A DNA stretch of 63,995 nucleotides, the filler included, from Diploschistes diacapsis (Eukaryota), in assembly GCA_023645945.1 (NCBI GenBank). It is 4 parts of 4 records of this genome, joined end to end, with 100 filler letters (N's around TTAATTAATTAA, not from the genome) between each part and the next. Parts side by side here need not be neighbours in the genome. Positions count along the whole stretch, not along the records: positions 33,352 to 49,901 come from JALAIB010000502.1; positions 50,002 to 63,995 come from JALAIB010000621.1; 2 more parts are not named here. One strand, given 5' to 3'. How positions within the stretch are numbered: position 1 is the stretch's first letter; every line of letters starts with the position of its first letter. The notes beneath the pieces are model-generated. The model saw nothing but the letters and a program-made list of their open reading frames with translations. It ran no database searches and was not told the origin of the DNA. Positions 47,402 to 59,282 of the stretch are shown in pieces. The position numbers were made by a program, and so were the translations under genes.

Positions 47402-47458
47402 TTAACCCACAGACAGAGTTTTAACCTACAAGACAGATTTTTAACCCACAAGACAGAT
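47402..47458 (+). repeat. Three imperfect tandem copies of a 20-bp unit (TTAACCCACAAGACAGATTT)
   Basis: Read directly: ttaacccac-agacagagtt / ttaacctacaagacagattt / ttaacccacaagacagat. Confidence 0.9.
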
Positions 47459-47487
47459 CCTCTGACCGCTATCTGGTTTAACGCTTG

Positions 47488-48376
47488 ATGCCACAGATGC
47501 CAAGTAGACCAGGAAAGAAAACAAAAGCTACCACCAGGGGGACAGGCAAAAAAACCTATCCAGTAGAAGCTCCCCTACCACCGTCATGGCCCGCTTTGAA
47601 TCCTCTTGTGCCTACATCAGACTTGGCAATACAAATCCTAGTAGAGGACCAGATTGTTGTTGTCCGAAAGCTCTTTACATCTTTTCTCTGCCAAAGATAT
47701 GTCTCGTTCCTGGCTGGGCTGCCGCTTGTTACAACACCCGGCCTACCCAAGAAGGGAGACGCTTTGAGAGCCAACGATCGTTATGAAGTCAACGACCCGC
47801 ATTTTGCAGCCAAGCTTTTCGGCACAACGGCTCTTAAGAAGCTCATCGAGGGTTCCAGCTATGAATGGGGAGGAGAGGTTTGTGGACTGAATCCTCGGAT
47901 CCGCATATACAGGTATACAAAAGGCCAGTTCTTTGACAAGCATTGTGAGTCTGCTGCTGCTGCTCAGTGCGTTAATCTAAGCTCCCGTTAGATGCGTAGA
48001 CTATGCATTAATCTAGCTTATGAACTTTTCTAGTGTGCTAAATTGCTGCTGATTGGAACCAGATGATGACTCGAATGTCGTTGAGCTGCCACTCGATCCG
48101 CCAATGAGGGCAAAGACTACTTGGACCTTGTTACTGTACCTCACAGGCCCGTCCACTGGATGTAAGGGAGGAGAGACGGTCTTTTACCCCGAACACGGAC
48201 ATACGAAACTTCCAATGGGCCAACCGAACAGGGACAAAGAAGCCATAGCTGTTTCTCCAGAGGTTGGCATGGCGTTGCTGCATAAACATGGTCATGACTG
48301 CCTACTACATGAAGGAAAAGAGGTTACTGCTGGAGAAAAGTGGATCATTAGGACGGATCTCTGTGTGAAGAGGTGA
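47488..48376 (+). CDS. 2OG-Fe(II) oxygenase, prolyl-4-hydroxylase-like
   Basis: Intron 47945-48062 restores LNPRIRIYRY...FFDKHYDD (HxD). Also TLLLYL, GGETVF, LLHEG and KWIIRTD. Start could be 47488 or 47497. Confidence 0.88.
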
Positions 48377-48401
48377 AAATTCGAGCACCAGCATTCAATC
48401 T

Positions 48402-49176
48402 TCATGCCTCTAGTTCCTTAACCTTTTCAAAAATCCGCTTAAAGCCTTCGGAATCTTGCGCTCCTTGCACTTCGAATTTGTATTGGATAGTGAAGTTGGG
48501 AACCCCTGTGACAATATTGGCCATTGACTGGGCAACTTCTTCGTCTACCTCCTTGCCACCCTTGTCGCTCTGCAGCCAGTCATCAAGTTCCGCCTCCGTG
48601 AGCCCAGCTTTTAGGCCGGCGGCTTTCAATACTTTGTGGCTTGTAATATCCTACGCGAGAAAGAATGAGTCAAAAGAAAGCTTCGGAAAGGCTGTCATAC
48701 CTGTTCGTGTTCAAAGTATGCTTCAAACAATGATTCCACAGTCTTTTTCTGAACATCCGGCCCACTGGTCTTCGCTAACTGGATCAAGCGGTGTGAATCT
48801 CTTGTGTTGCCCGTCCGGCCACCGAATTTAAACTTGATACCAACATCTTTGCCAACCGACGCAAGGCGTTCTTGCATCATACGGGTTCTCTCAGGCCCGA
48901 ATTTGGCATTATACATTTGCTGTTTGTCAATCCCTTCCTTAGGTGCACCGGGGTTTAGGTAAAAGGGTAGCCACTCGACAGAAAATGTGTCGATGCTTGA
49001 GGGATGGATGGCTTTATAGGCTGCTATGCCTTTTTCGAGCTTCTGTTTCCCTACATAACACCTAAGATGGGTGAGCAAATGGCTCTGCACCCAGTCAAGG
49101 CGTCCGGCATGTTTGGAAAGAGAACATACCAAGGACAAACCGTGTCTGAAACAACTGAGATGTGAAAGTTCGTCAT
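48402..49176 (-). CDS. DsbA/FrnE-like thioredoxin-fold protein
   Basis: MTNFHISVVSDTVCPW|CYVGK gives CPWC across intron 49062-49129; second intron 48651-48700. Also PFYLNP, GNTRDSHRL, GVPNF and GAQD. Confidence 0.92.
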
Positions 49177-49615
49177 TCTGCTGAATGAGCTACGGAATGC
49201 CACAGTGAGGAGACCCTCCAGACTGTTGGCCCGCAGGAGCAATATTACGCAGCTTAGAAAATTATGGAAATGCGCTCGTTATTGTCGTTCGAGCTGTTAG
49301 ATATGCTCAGTACCGCTGACAGAATACCTCTGTAGTTTATTGAAGAATCAGTGTTGCCGCAGCACGTTGCCTCAGGATCCAGACCCTATAGCTGCGCCAG
49401 GTTTCGCGGGCGTCAGAGCCTAAGCCCCATTCGGGTTAGCGGATGCTGACTCAACTGTTAACTGCCATAGGGTCTGGGGGCGAAAAACCATAAAAGGAAT
49501 GATTTGACCTTCATTTGTACCATTTTACGCTAATTTAGGTTTTTTATTATAAGAGATGATATGTAGTGGTGTGGTAGTCATGGTGATAGTATTCATGAAC
49601 TAATCTCTAGAGAAG

Positions 49616-49901
49616 TGTTACGATCCAAGTACTAGACTTGGCACGTCCTAGCTTTGTATATAGATCAGTCACGGGACTAGGGGTCACGTGATGCGCTTAC
49701 TGCTCGCGTTTATTCTCGTGAGCGACGAGTAAGCTTTCGCTACCGCTCGATAATCGCGTTCATTCTCGTAAACAATAAACCTCGAAAATACCGTTTGTTA
49801 AACTTGTAATAAACGATAAACGAGTTAATTATATATAAACACGACTTTATTTTCGTGAAAAAAAATATATTTATTTTTATAAATATTTTTAACGATTATT
49901 C
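49616..49901 (+). mobile_element. Probable LTR/repeat relic at the contig end
   Basis: Starts TGTTACG (a typical LTR 5' end) with a CCAAGT-n5-ACTTGG hairpin and a repeated TCGCGTT(T/C)ATTCTCGT. It grades into AT-rich RIP-like sequence at the gap. Confidence 0.45.
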
Positions 49902-50001
49902 NNNNNNNNNNNNNNNNNNNNNNNNNNNNNNNNNNNNNNNNNNNNTTAATTAATTAANNNNNNNNNNNNNNNNNNNNNNNNNNNNNNNNNNNNNNNNNNN
50001 N
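49902..50001. other. Artificial contig linker / assembly gap
   Basis: N44-TTAATTAATTAA-N44. Confidence 0.97.
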
Positions 50002-50712
50002 CAGGTACAGGGACAGGGAAAGAAGAGGGGGGGTATCGTTCCTGGATAACTGATGACTGGCGCAGGAGAAGTGGGGCAAGTATGCAAACCATGTGGTAGG
50101 TCTGCGGTGGGGTAGGGATGGTCCAGAGGGAGTAGCTGCTCAGATTGGGGAGCCTGGAGCTGCGGCAGGAAGTAAAACTGCTGACCTCGCCATGGGCCCC
50201 TGCGCGTAGAGCCGTGTGTAGACGGGACCAAGTAGAAGAAAGAGACCCACCGGCGCGGAGGGGACGGACTGGACGTCAATGCACCGGTAAGGGCTGAACA
50301 GGCTGGGATAAGAGAAGAGGAGGGAGAAAAAATGAAGTGTCCCATAGTAGCCACGATAGGCCAGGAGAATGCCGGGCAGGAACGCCGACGAAGAAGAGTG
50401 TTAGCGCACTGGGACTCATATGGGCGACGACAGCCGCCGAAGCACGACTCCGATAACCTAGAACAAGGCAACTGTGGTTCTAGCTCCGCAGAATCCTCCA
50501 TGATAACTCCGCCAAACCAAGCCCCAACAAAGATGATTCACAAAGCCGCCACTGGCGAACAATAGCAAGCACCAAGATCCGACGCGCCAGGCACCACCGA
50601 CGCACAAACTCCCATCGAGCTTCCATCCAACAGCCACCAGCCACGAAACCGCTTCACCCAGCTGCAGGACAACAACCAACCCCACGTTTACCATACCACA
50701 CCACACCCACCT

Positions 50713-53700
50713 TCACTTCAACTTCGAAAACCACCCCCCAACCTCCCCTCTGCTCCCTCTTCCATCCCACCCCGGCCCCCTAACCGGCTCCAAGCTCACA
50801 AAATCCTCGTAATGCACGCCCGGGAACCCCAGTCCGAGCATCCTCTTCCTCCAATCCCTCACGCTCGGGTGCAACCTGTGCCAGGCTCTCAGAAGCCAAT
50901 CCCTCGCCTCCAGCCCCTGCACCTGCGCCCCGAGTCCCGGGCCGTTGAAAATGAGCCCGACTTGGCTTTCGACATGGGCGCGGCGGGCGCGGCAGGTGGG
51001 GTTGCAGAGGACCGTCTTTGGGTTTTCGAAGGCGACGGAGCCGAGGAAGAGGCACTCGCACGGGTCGTCTGAGGGGATGGGCAGTTGGTCGTAGACGAGC
51101 TGCGGGCGCGGAGGAAGCGAAAGAGGAGGGGAAGTGACGGAGGGTCGCAGCTGCTTCTGCTTCTGCTGGGCGAAGTGTAAACGCTTTTTTCCCTTTTGAC
51201 GGAGGCGCGCAGATTTCGAGAGGGCGGCGGCAGGCCCACGGGTGGGAGAGAAGGCGGGGGAGGACGAGGAAGATGCGGCAGCGGGAGCGGGAATAGAGGC
51301 AGGAGGCGGCGGAGGGGAGACCCAAACGATCTTGCCGCATTTGGCAGCATCGAATCCGAATTCGGCCAGGAACTGGTGTCGAAGCACCTGTTCGACCTTG
51401 GACATCGAGTCCGGGAGCGCCTGACGAAGGCCCAGCCGCAGAAGCTGGTATAGGTACCGTATCAGCCCCTTTTGTCTCTCGTCGCCGAGCGCTATATTTA
51501 GCAGACGCTCGGCGCGAGGCGCCAAGTTGGGCCTTGTCAGAGTCGCCGCGGCGGGGAACAGCCCAGCGGAGGAAGGGGGAGGGGGCATCGCAAACCGGAC
51601 GACGAACGGCAAGTCCCCACCAGCGCGGCGGAACAGGGTATACGCACCCCCGTTCCATTGGCTTTGAAGACGCTGGCGGGCCTTGAAGACGTTGTCGATT
51701 CCGCATCTGTCCTTGATCGAGGCGGTAGCATTGCGGTACCGCGGTGGGAAGGCGTCCTCGTCGACCCAACAGTCATCCGGGATGAGGAGTCTGGGATGGC
51801 CGCACTCCCTCAGGTGATCTGCCAGGTCTTCGAGTTGATGCCGCCGGCTGCAATATCGCACGAGCGACATCGGCCCGCAACCGAGACAGATCACGGTATC
51901 CGTCTGGTGGTCTAAGAGACCAACCTTCTTGCATCCTGATCGTCTGCAAGAGAGTATGGCTCGGTCGGAGCGCCACACTTCAAAGTCCAACAATTCTGCT
52001 GCCTGGTATTCTCTCAGTTTCCTATTGGGGAGGCAGTCAGGGTGTGAAGTATCGCTGCGGAGAGCATCAAATGCCGCCTGCGCTGCCGGCCGAACAAGAA
52101 ATAATTGTAAAGACGGGTGAAACATCACAATTGGAGCATCTGTACCTGAGTCGCTCTCTTGTATGATTGCAGGAGCATCAGGGGCTCCAAAGACTTCGCG
52201 AGGGTGGGACTGTTGCGGTAATGGACGCCACGTCATTGGCCTACGCCATGCAAGTGTACCAGGGGGGAAGGTTATAGTTGCCACATCTTCGTCCGTCTCC
52301 AGGTAACGCCAAGGGATATCCTGGGCCCACGTAGTATAGGTATGGTCTTCTCTACTAACACCGTTCTTGCTATGAAGTAGACTAGTCGGGTCGAGCTCGT
52401 CGTAGGTTGTTGTGGATTGCAGTTTGTCTATCTTCCGGGCTATATTTTGTAGCGTACCGGCCTCGGTCAATATGCTGAGGTCAGAGTGGGATTTTGAACG
52501 ACGATTGAGTAACTGTGTCTTAAGCGGGTTGATCTGAGCTTCACTGGAATGCAAGATTTCCACGTTAACCTTACCGGTAGAGGCAATGGGTGGTATGCTG
52601 GTTCCGGATGATGAACGAGAATCAGACTGAACATTGTTAATGGCTGTTATTTTTAGGTCGTAAGATTGACCTATACCCGTTGATGTTGCTATACGTTGGC
52701 CTTCCTCACTAACGATCGTTTGTAATGGCAAAGGAGACATGCTTTGAATCTGCGAATCCTCAGGCTGCAGGCGTTGGACGGAAGCTGGGGAAAGCGAAGC
52801 TTTGGGGGTGAGCTCTTCAGAAGAGGCTTCAGACGCTAGGTTTTTGTCTAATGTTGTAGTACCACGAGTAAATTTCAAGTTCCAATCTTCGGAAACTGAG
52901 ACTGGCGCCCTTCGAGGACTCCCTGGAGTTAATTCAGGATCCATTCCTGAGCTTGAGCTTTCAACCGTACATTTTGACGTGAGATGCTTGATCGTTTGTT
53001 GAGTTATTTGAAGCATCGTAGCTGAGGTCTGGAGTTGACTCTTGCCAGTCGAAGATAGCTCAATGTCGTCAGGTATCTCAGCAATAGCGGGAAGATTCAG
53101 CGTGGCTGAGGCTATTCCGGGCGCCATGCTGTCTTCAGTATCATTATTATGATCCAAAACTTCAGAGACTTGCTTAGTGCGTTGCGGAAGTGCAAGGAAG
53201 GAGGCTCTAGAAGAGTTGGTGGAAGCTAATGAAGTGGCTGAAGACGACGATGGGATATAGGCTATCTCAAGGGTTCGTGGCTGAGATAAAATAGCCGGTA
53301 GGATATTTGAATTATCAAAACGCCCTTGACTAATTATGAGTGTCTTCTCAGCGAAACTTTGCAGACCTTGCTGTGACTGGTTGTTTCCTGCCACGATCTG
53401 CGCCCAGGTTCTCTCGCCTTCGCGGATATCAAGCTTCTGTTCGAGAGACTGCTCTGTGCTAGACAACTTTTCGGTTGCAGAAACTACCGTCGCATTGCTG
53501 AGGCTGTCTTCATTGAGCTTGGTGGCTTGCGTTTGCCGTGTCACTTCGTCCCAGTCTGTCAGTTTCGGTGCAGCTTCAACTGAAATGTCCTCGGAATCTG
53601 GTACTTGGCTGAAGTCGACCTGTTCAATAGCAGATGTACTGGCAGGGGCAGTGGTACCATCGTCTGCGGCCCCTAAGAGAACCAATGTATTGGCAGGTTT

Positions 53701-55179
53701 ATCGATCTTTTCAGCAACAACTTCAGTATCCGCAGTAACTCTTCCGTTCTCGGCAGCTTTGGCTATCTTCCGTCGCAGTTTTTTCTCTTTCTTCCCCTGT
53801 TTCCTAAGTTGTTTCTCTATAGCGCTTTTGTCTGGACGGATTTCTTCATCAGACGCAGTCGTATTTCCATGGCGAAGCTTGCTTTCTTGATCAACCAGCC
53901 CCTGAACTGACCCCTTAACCGCTTTTTCATTACTAGCCGTACGTTCTTGCTGAATGCTTCCTTCACTAGAGTAATCTGCGGTAACTTTAGAGCCTACAGA
54001 ATGATCTTGGTAACTGCCAATTGCAGATAGGAAGTCAAGCTCTTTGTAGCGGTTATCAACTTGGCCTTCTTTTTGTACTTTTCCATTCGTCACATTCTCA
54101 GGCTCCTCTTGCAAGCTGCGAGCCTCTTTTCCGCCGGCCGAGGATGAAGCGGTAGATAGAGAACTATCCTTATCTTGCTCAGAAGGCGCGGTCAAGCTGT
54201 CTGACTGTTCTACCTCTGCCACGAATTTCCCCTCTGAGACGTCCGTCGTCTGGACCTTTTTCCTCAACTTGACCCTCTCGCGCTTCTTCTTCTTTGCAGT
54301 TGCTTTTTTCCGGGCCAGGGCAATAGAGTCCTGAAGCCGCTTGTCCGCGTGGAACGACTTCCAAGTAACAGCAAATGCAGCTTCATGAAGTACACCCGCA
54401 TTTATACCTCCTATCAGCATCTGGGTATCTTCAAGGTCAATCTCAGAAAGAGTCTCTTTCGATACCCCACGTTCCTGTAGATAGCCGAGGAAAAATTCGT
54501 CATTGCGGTTAATCTCAGCTTCGCGCTTTGAGAGCTCAAGAGTCTTGAGAAACTCTGAATCAAATTGGCTCACTTGCAAAGAATTGGCAGCTTCACTATC
54601 AAAGTTTTCCTTATGTCGGGTGAGCAGCTTCTATTGAAGAGATTAGTAAGTATTTCAAAGGCCAGTCTAAATATTTGTACCTGTTGAGTACGAACATCTT
54701 CGCGTGCCTTTGCAAAACTAATAGCAGCTGCACGACCCTGTCGAGACGGTTAGCGTAAGCATTTTCCATGGTGATAAACTCACCGGACTCTTGGGATCAA
54801 ACTCGACAACACTGTCAAGATGATGGTAACTGAGCTCTTGATCAAGAATATGATGTTTCCACTCTAAACAGAATGGGATCCTAGATAGTGACCAGTTATG
54901 TGCGACCCCTATCGCCTGATGAGCGTGGTACGAGAACACGGTACCGGCCTTAATCTTCAATGCTTTTTCTCGAAGCTCGTCCAGATCCTCGTCCGAATAT
55001 GCATGGATCCTAAGCGAATCGATGCCAAGTTGCGTGCAGATACCATTTAGCTCCTTCCTGCGTTCATAAGTCAAGCCGGAAGACATCTTGGATCGCCAGA
55101 GGAACACGCTAGCTGAACAGAGGGCAAGGATTGCAGCAAAGATGAAACAGACTAGGCTGTCGTTCTGATTCGCACTCAT
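50713..55179 (-). CDS. Large (about 1,400 aa) uncharacterised protein with a C-terminal MYND-like zinc-finger region
   Basis: Introns at 54738-54783 and 54631-54680 join the 156-codon and 1288-codon ORFs in frame. Cys/His cluster CRRSGC...CLGCGP...RYCSRRHQLEDLADHLREC. Start is either 55179 (adds a hydrophobic segment) or 55086. Confidence 0.7.
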
Positions 55180-56266
55180 GAAATACAACTTGTTCTAAGT
55201 GAATAAGTGGCGAGCAAATACAATAAAATGGCATACAGACTTAGCAGAGTGCAATGAAGAAAGGAGATAGAAGATACTGTTAGCTGCAATCAACAGGATA
55301 ATGAAGTATTAAGCAACCGTCACTATATTCCGCTAAGAGAAGAACATTGGTGCGACTAGAAACCTTTTGTGTCCACCAGAATTAAACACTACCTTTTTAG
55401 GACGTAGAGAATGGTTCAAGCTAGAACAGTAAGGACCCGTTTGAACACGTTATTCCTTGAGGAACCCGCCTCAGGCTTTCACCTGTAGTTGTCATGTCCT
55501 CATCAGGAGCAAACCAAAGATCTGCATATGATGAAAAGTCTCCAGAGATCATGTGCATCTTACCGGCATTAGCTAAATTGTATGCTTCAGACATTTCTCG
55601 GTTTTCAAGACAAAGAATTATGGACTGCTAGCTCTACAGCAATTTGGCAACAAATCAAACTTCTTTCCACACGCACTTCCTTATGACAAGGTCTGACGGA
55701 ATTTACAGAAGAGCCACAAGTCTAAGAAAAAAGCGTAACCACCTGAGCTTGCTGTGGGACAGGGGCCTACGGGGACAGTGGATTGGAAGTACTATCAATA
55801 TTCCTGTGCACTGTTGAGTCGGCAAGATGTGCTATAAAAGCTTGAAGCGCGGATAATCCCGGCGCTCGAGCGTTCAACCTTTGCGAGCCATGACTCTATA
55901 TTGACTATGGTCAATGAGTATCGGGACACTATTAGTCTCTTAATCGCTCCTCCAGCCAGTAGGCTAAATACATTGTCTGGAGAAGGGCCAAATCCAACTT
56001 ATCTGAAGACAATCACTTGAGAACGTGAATGATGGGCAAACTTTAGTGGTGACAAAGAGGACGGAGGGTTAGCTTTGTTAGGGCTGAGTTTAAATATGTT
56101 CAACCCCGTCAAGTCCATCAGTTAGAATAGCTCTTGAAGCTAACCCTTATTTTCCCTTTCTTCCTTTGATAGGGCAGCTGTAATCACAGCGTCATCTTCA
56201 TCTAGCTGCAGTTCGAATTGCTCGAGAACTTTACCCTCTGGCGCCACTGCGCTTTTAGCTATCAAA

Positions 56267-58164
56267 ATGGCGCAGCCAGACATTTCACAGATACTCGCGG
56301 CGCTCAGTAAGTGAAAGCATTATGAAGCACGTCTGACTTCGTACTTGGCTGATGTTTTCAGGACCTGGTGGGACCCCGGTACAAGCAGCTCCTCAACCAC
56401 CTACAGTAGCTCATGGATACCCACCGCCCTATTCTATGCCAACTCCGCATACAAATGCATCTCACTATCCCCCACCTCAACCTATTGCGGCTGGGAATGT
56501 TGATCTGAGCAACATCAGGCCAGTGAACTCAGGGTCCCTCACTCTTGGTGAAGCAGCAGATAAGGAGCGGAGTTACGCGGGAGGAAAAGGTGGATTTTAC
56601 GATGACGGTCGCAATTGTAAGAGAATAAATTTTCAACTTTTCGTAATGGCGGACAGGAGTGTTCTAACAAATAAATTAGCATCGTACGGGGATAGAGACT
56701 TTAGAGGACGTCAGGCTCGCTCAAGGTCACGCTCCAGATCGCCGCAACGAGGCGTACGTGACCGTGATACATTCCGAAACAATTACAATCCTTACATAGA
56801 CGAACGCCGAGAAGATCAGCGTCATGGCGGTGGGAGGAACTACCGTGATCGGTCCTTTTCTCCGGGCATTGCGAGCTTGCCTCCCCGACCACCTATGGCG
56901 GCGCAATATGGATTTCAGGGAGACAGTGTTCCTGCTGGATCACCAACTGAGCAAGGGACAGATGTGCTGATGGTCGATTCGAACCTTGTGGGCCTCATTA
57001 TTGGAAGAGCTGGGGAGAATCTGAGACGGGTTGAGGCAGAAACGTCAACAAGGGTCCAGTTTATGGCCGCCGGTCCTGATGGAACATCACCACAACGCAC
57101 ATGCAAGATCACGGGGACACTAACCGCACGAGATCATGCGAAATCCGAGATCGCGCGCATCATAGAAGAAAATGGTCGAGAACGTGGCATGCCGGATCGT
57201 TCCCAAGCCGTAGCAAAGCAACCCGGTAGTCAGCAACCAGCCTTAAGAAGTGGTGAGGATTCGACTCAAATGATGGTCCCAAACCGTACTGTTGGTCTCA
57301 TTATTGGCAGAGGCGGCGAGACCATCAGAGATCTGCAAGAAAGGAGTGGTTGTCATGTCAATATAGTTGGTGAAGATAAGAGTATTAATGGTCTAAGGCC
57401 TGTCAATCTGATTGGCACCAAGGAAGCAGCGGCTGTGGCGAAGGAGCTAATTCTTGAAATCGTCGACAGCGACAACAAAAGTGCGGCTCAGGGTGGCCAG
57501 GCTAACTCGAGACCCGCTCTAGCGAATGGGCCAACTGGAGATGGTTCCAACGATAAAATCAATGACTCTATGATGGTGCCCTCGGAAGCTGTTGGAATGA
57601 TAATTGGCAAAGGTAGGACACAGCTAGGCGGCCACCGAAGAGAACTAACATTGCGCAGGTGGCGAAACGATCAAAGATATGCAAAACGTTACGGGGTGCA
57701 AGATTAACGTTTCTCAACCATCTGGCCGTGACATTGAGCGCGAGATCGGATTAATCGGCTCCCGAAGTGCCATCGAATATGCGAAGCATGCAATCATGGA
57801 GAAGGTCCGCGCTGTTGTAAGTTTGGTGGTTTCAAATAACGTAGCTTATGCTAACTTTCAGCAGGAAGAGAAGAACAGAAGTGGTGGGCGCCAGCCATCC
57901 TCCCAGTACGATCGCAGTCAGCCAACGTACAGTTCGTCGAACACTGGAGCAGTTGGCGGCTACGACCAGCGTCAAATGCAATACGCGCAGCAACCTGGCA
58001 ATCAGGGCGGGTACCAGGCAGTTGTACAGCAGGGCCAAGCAGCTGATCCCTACGAAGCCTATGGTGGATACGACAATTACATGGCCATGTGGACTGCTTA
58101 CTACCAGAATCAAAATCAAGGCCAGAACCAAGGCCAGCCTGGATCCGGACCGCCGCATTCGTGA
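56267..58164 (+). CDS. Triple-KH RNA-binding protein (FUBP/KHSRP-like)
   Basis: Introns at 56307-56361, 56617-56679, 57613-57658 and 57817-57864. Three KH GxxG loops (VGLIIGRAGE, VGLIIGRGGE, VGMIIGKGGE), an RS-rich segment, and a Tyr-rich tail DPYEAYGGYDNYMAMWTAYY. Confidence 0.92.
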
Positions 58165-59282
58165 TAACACACGCCATGCTTCGTTGACTCTCACGCCTTT
58201 GATCATGACATCCTATGATATTCGCTGAGGTGATGCATGTTCTCATTCATGCTGCTGATATCCATTATCCACATCGAAATCTTTGGTGATTATGCTTTAC
58301 TCTGGCTTTCCTTGAGAACATCTAAAGGTCGAGCTGCTCTTCTTCCACGAATTATGGTGTGAGCATATCGCTTTCGATCAGACTCTGTATGACATGCTTG
58401 CCGCTTTTTCTAATCTGTTTAATACATGCTCCAGAGGCATATGGGACGTCTCTTTACTTGCCGCTAGCCAGGTGGGTATCATGCTGATCGACACACGCCT
58501 ATCTTGTCATGGATATCCGAGATCTCTGTCTTGTGAAGCTCGCTTGAAGACTCGAAACATAATGAACTTTCTATGGATATGACTAACAAGCACGCGTGTT
58601 AGTCTACGTCCCATCTAGCAGATGCTGTTTATGCTATCAGGCCAGCACCCGTAAACACGCTTCTTCGAAGACAGCCATGCGCGCTACAACTCACCCTCCG
58701 CGCAATTGTTGATCAACAAGACTATTTCTTGCGTGAGGGGTTACTTTAAGCCTCTTGATTGCGTGAATGGATATCCATCAAGCACAATTGGACCCTATCC
58801 ACAATATCCATGGATTCTTGCTGAACTGATGCCAAATTGAATCAGTCAGTGCATGTGCTCTCTCAATTATATTGTTTTGATGCAGATGCTTACTTTCTTA
58901 ATGGGGAATATGTGTTCTCTGGTGCACGGGCGGAATATTGGCTCGAGCTTTCTTTGACCTTGCGAGTGGATACGTCTTGTTAATTAAACCAGTTCAGAAC
59001 AGATTGCTCTTTACGAGCGAGGCCCGAGTATTGCAACACGTACGGTCTCACATCCTCATTTTTGATAGCTGATGAAATCTACAAGTCCAGGGTATGGAGC
59101 AAAGCAGTAGGTAGACCAACGCCAGGGGACCTGCATTCCATCCCTCCGTGAACATACATTCCATCTCCCAGTAGAAACCCCACAAGAAGCCCCAGAACAC
59201 CCAGCGCTGTGCAACTCGCCCTTCCAATATCACATGCACGAACAATATAGTAACCAATATCATACACCTCCCCACACCAACC

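Noticed and set aside
47945..48062. Internal TTAG in the oxygenase intron, suggesting a stwintron or microexon
   Set aside because: No internal split regenerates a valid donor or keeps the frame, whereas a single intron restores the HxD motif.
16581..50001. Identical TTAATTAATTAA palindromes embedded in N runs at three regularly built sites
   Set aside because: These are artificial 100-nt contig linkers with six-frame stops and are not biological. Adjacency across them is unproven, and ORFs ending in them are artefacts.
56029..56087. ATGATGG...CTGA as a possible box C/D snoRNA
   Set aside because: Box C is imperfect, the span is short, and I recognise no rRNA-complementary guide.
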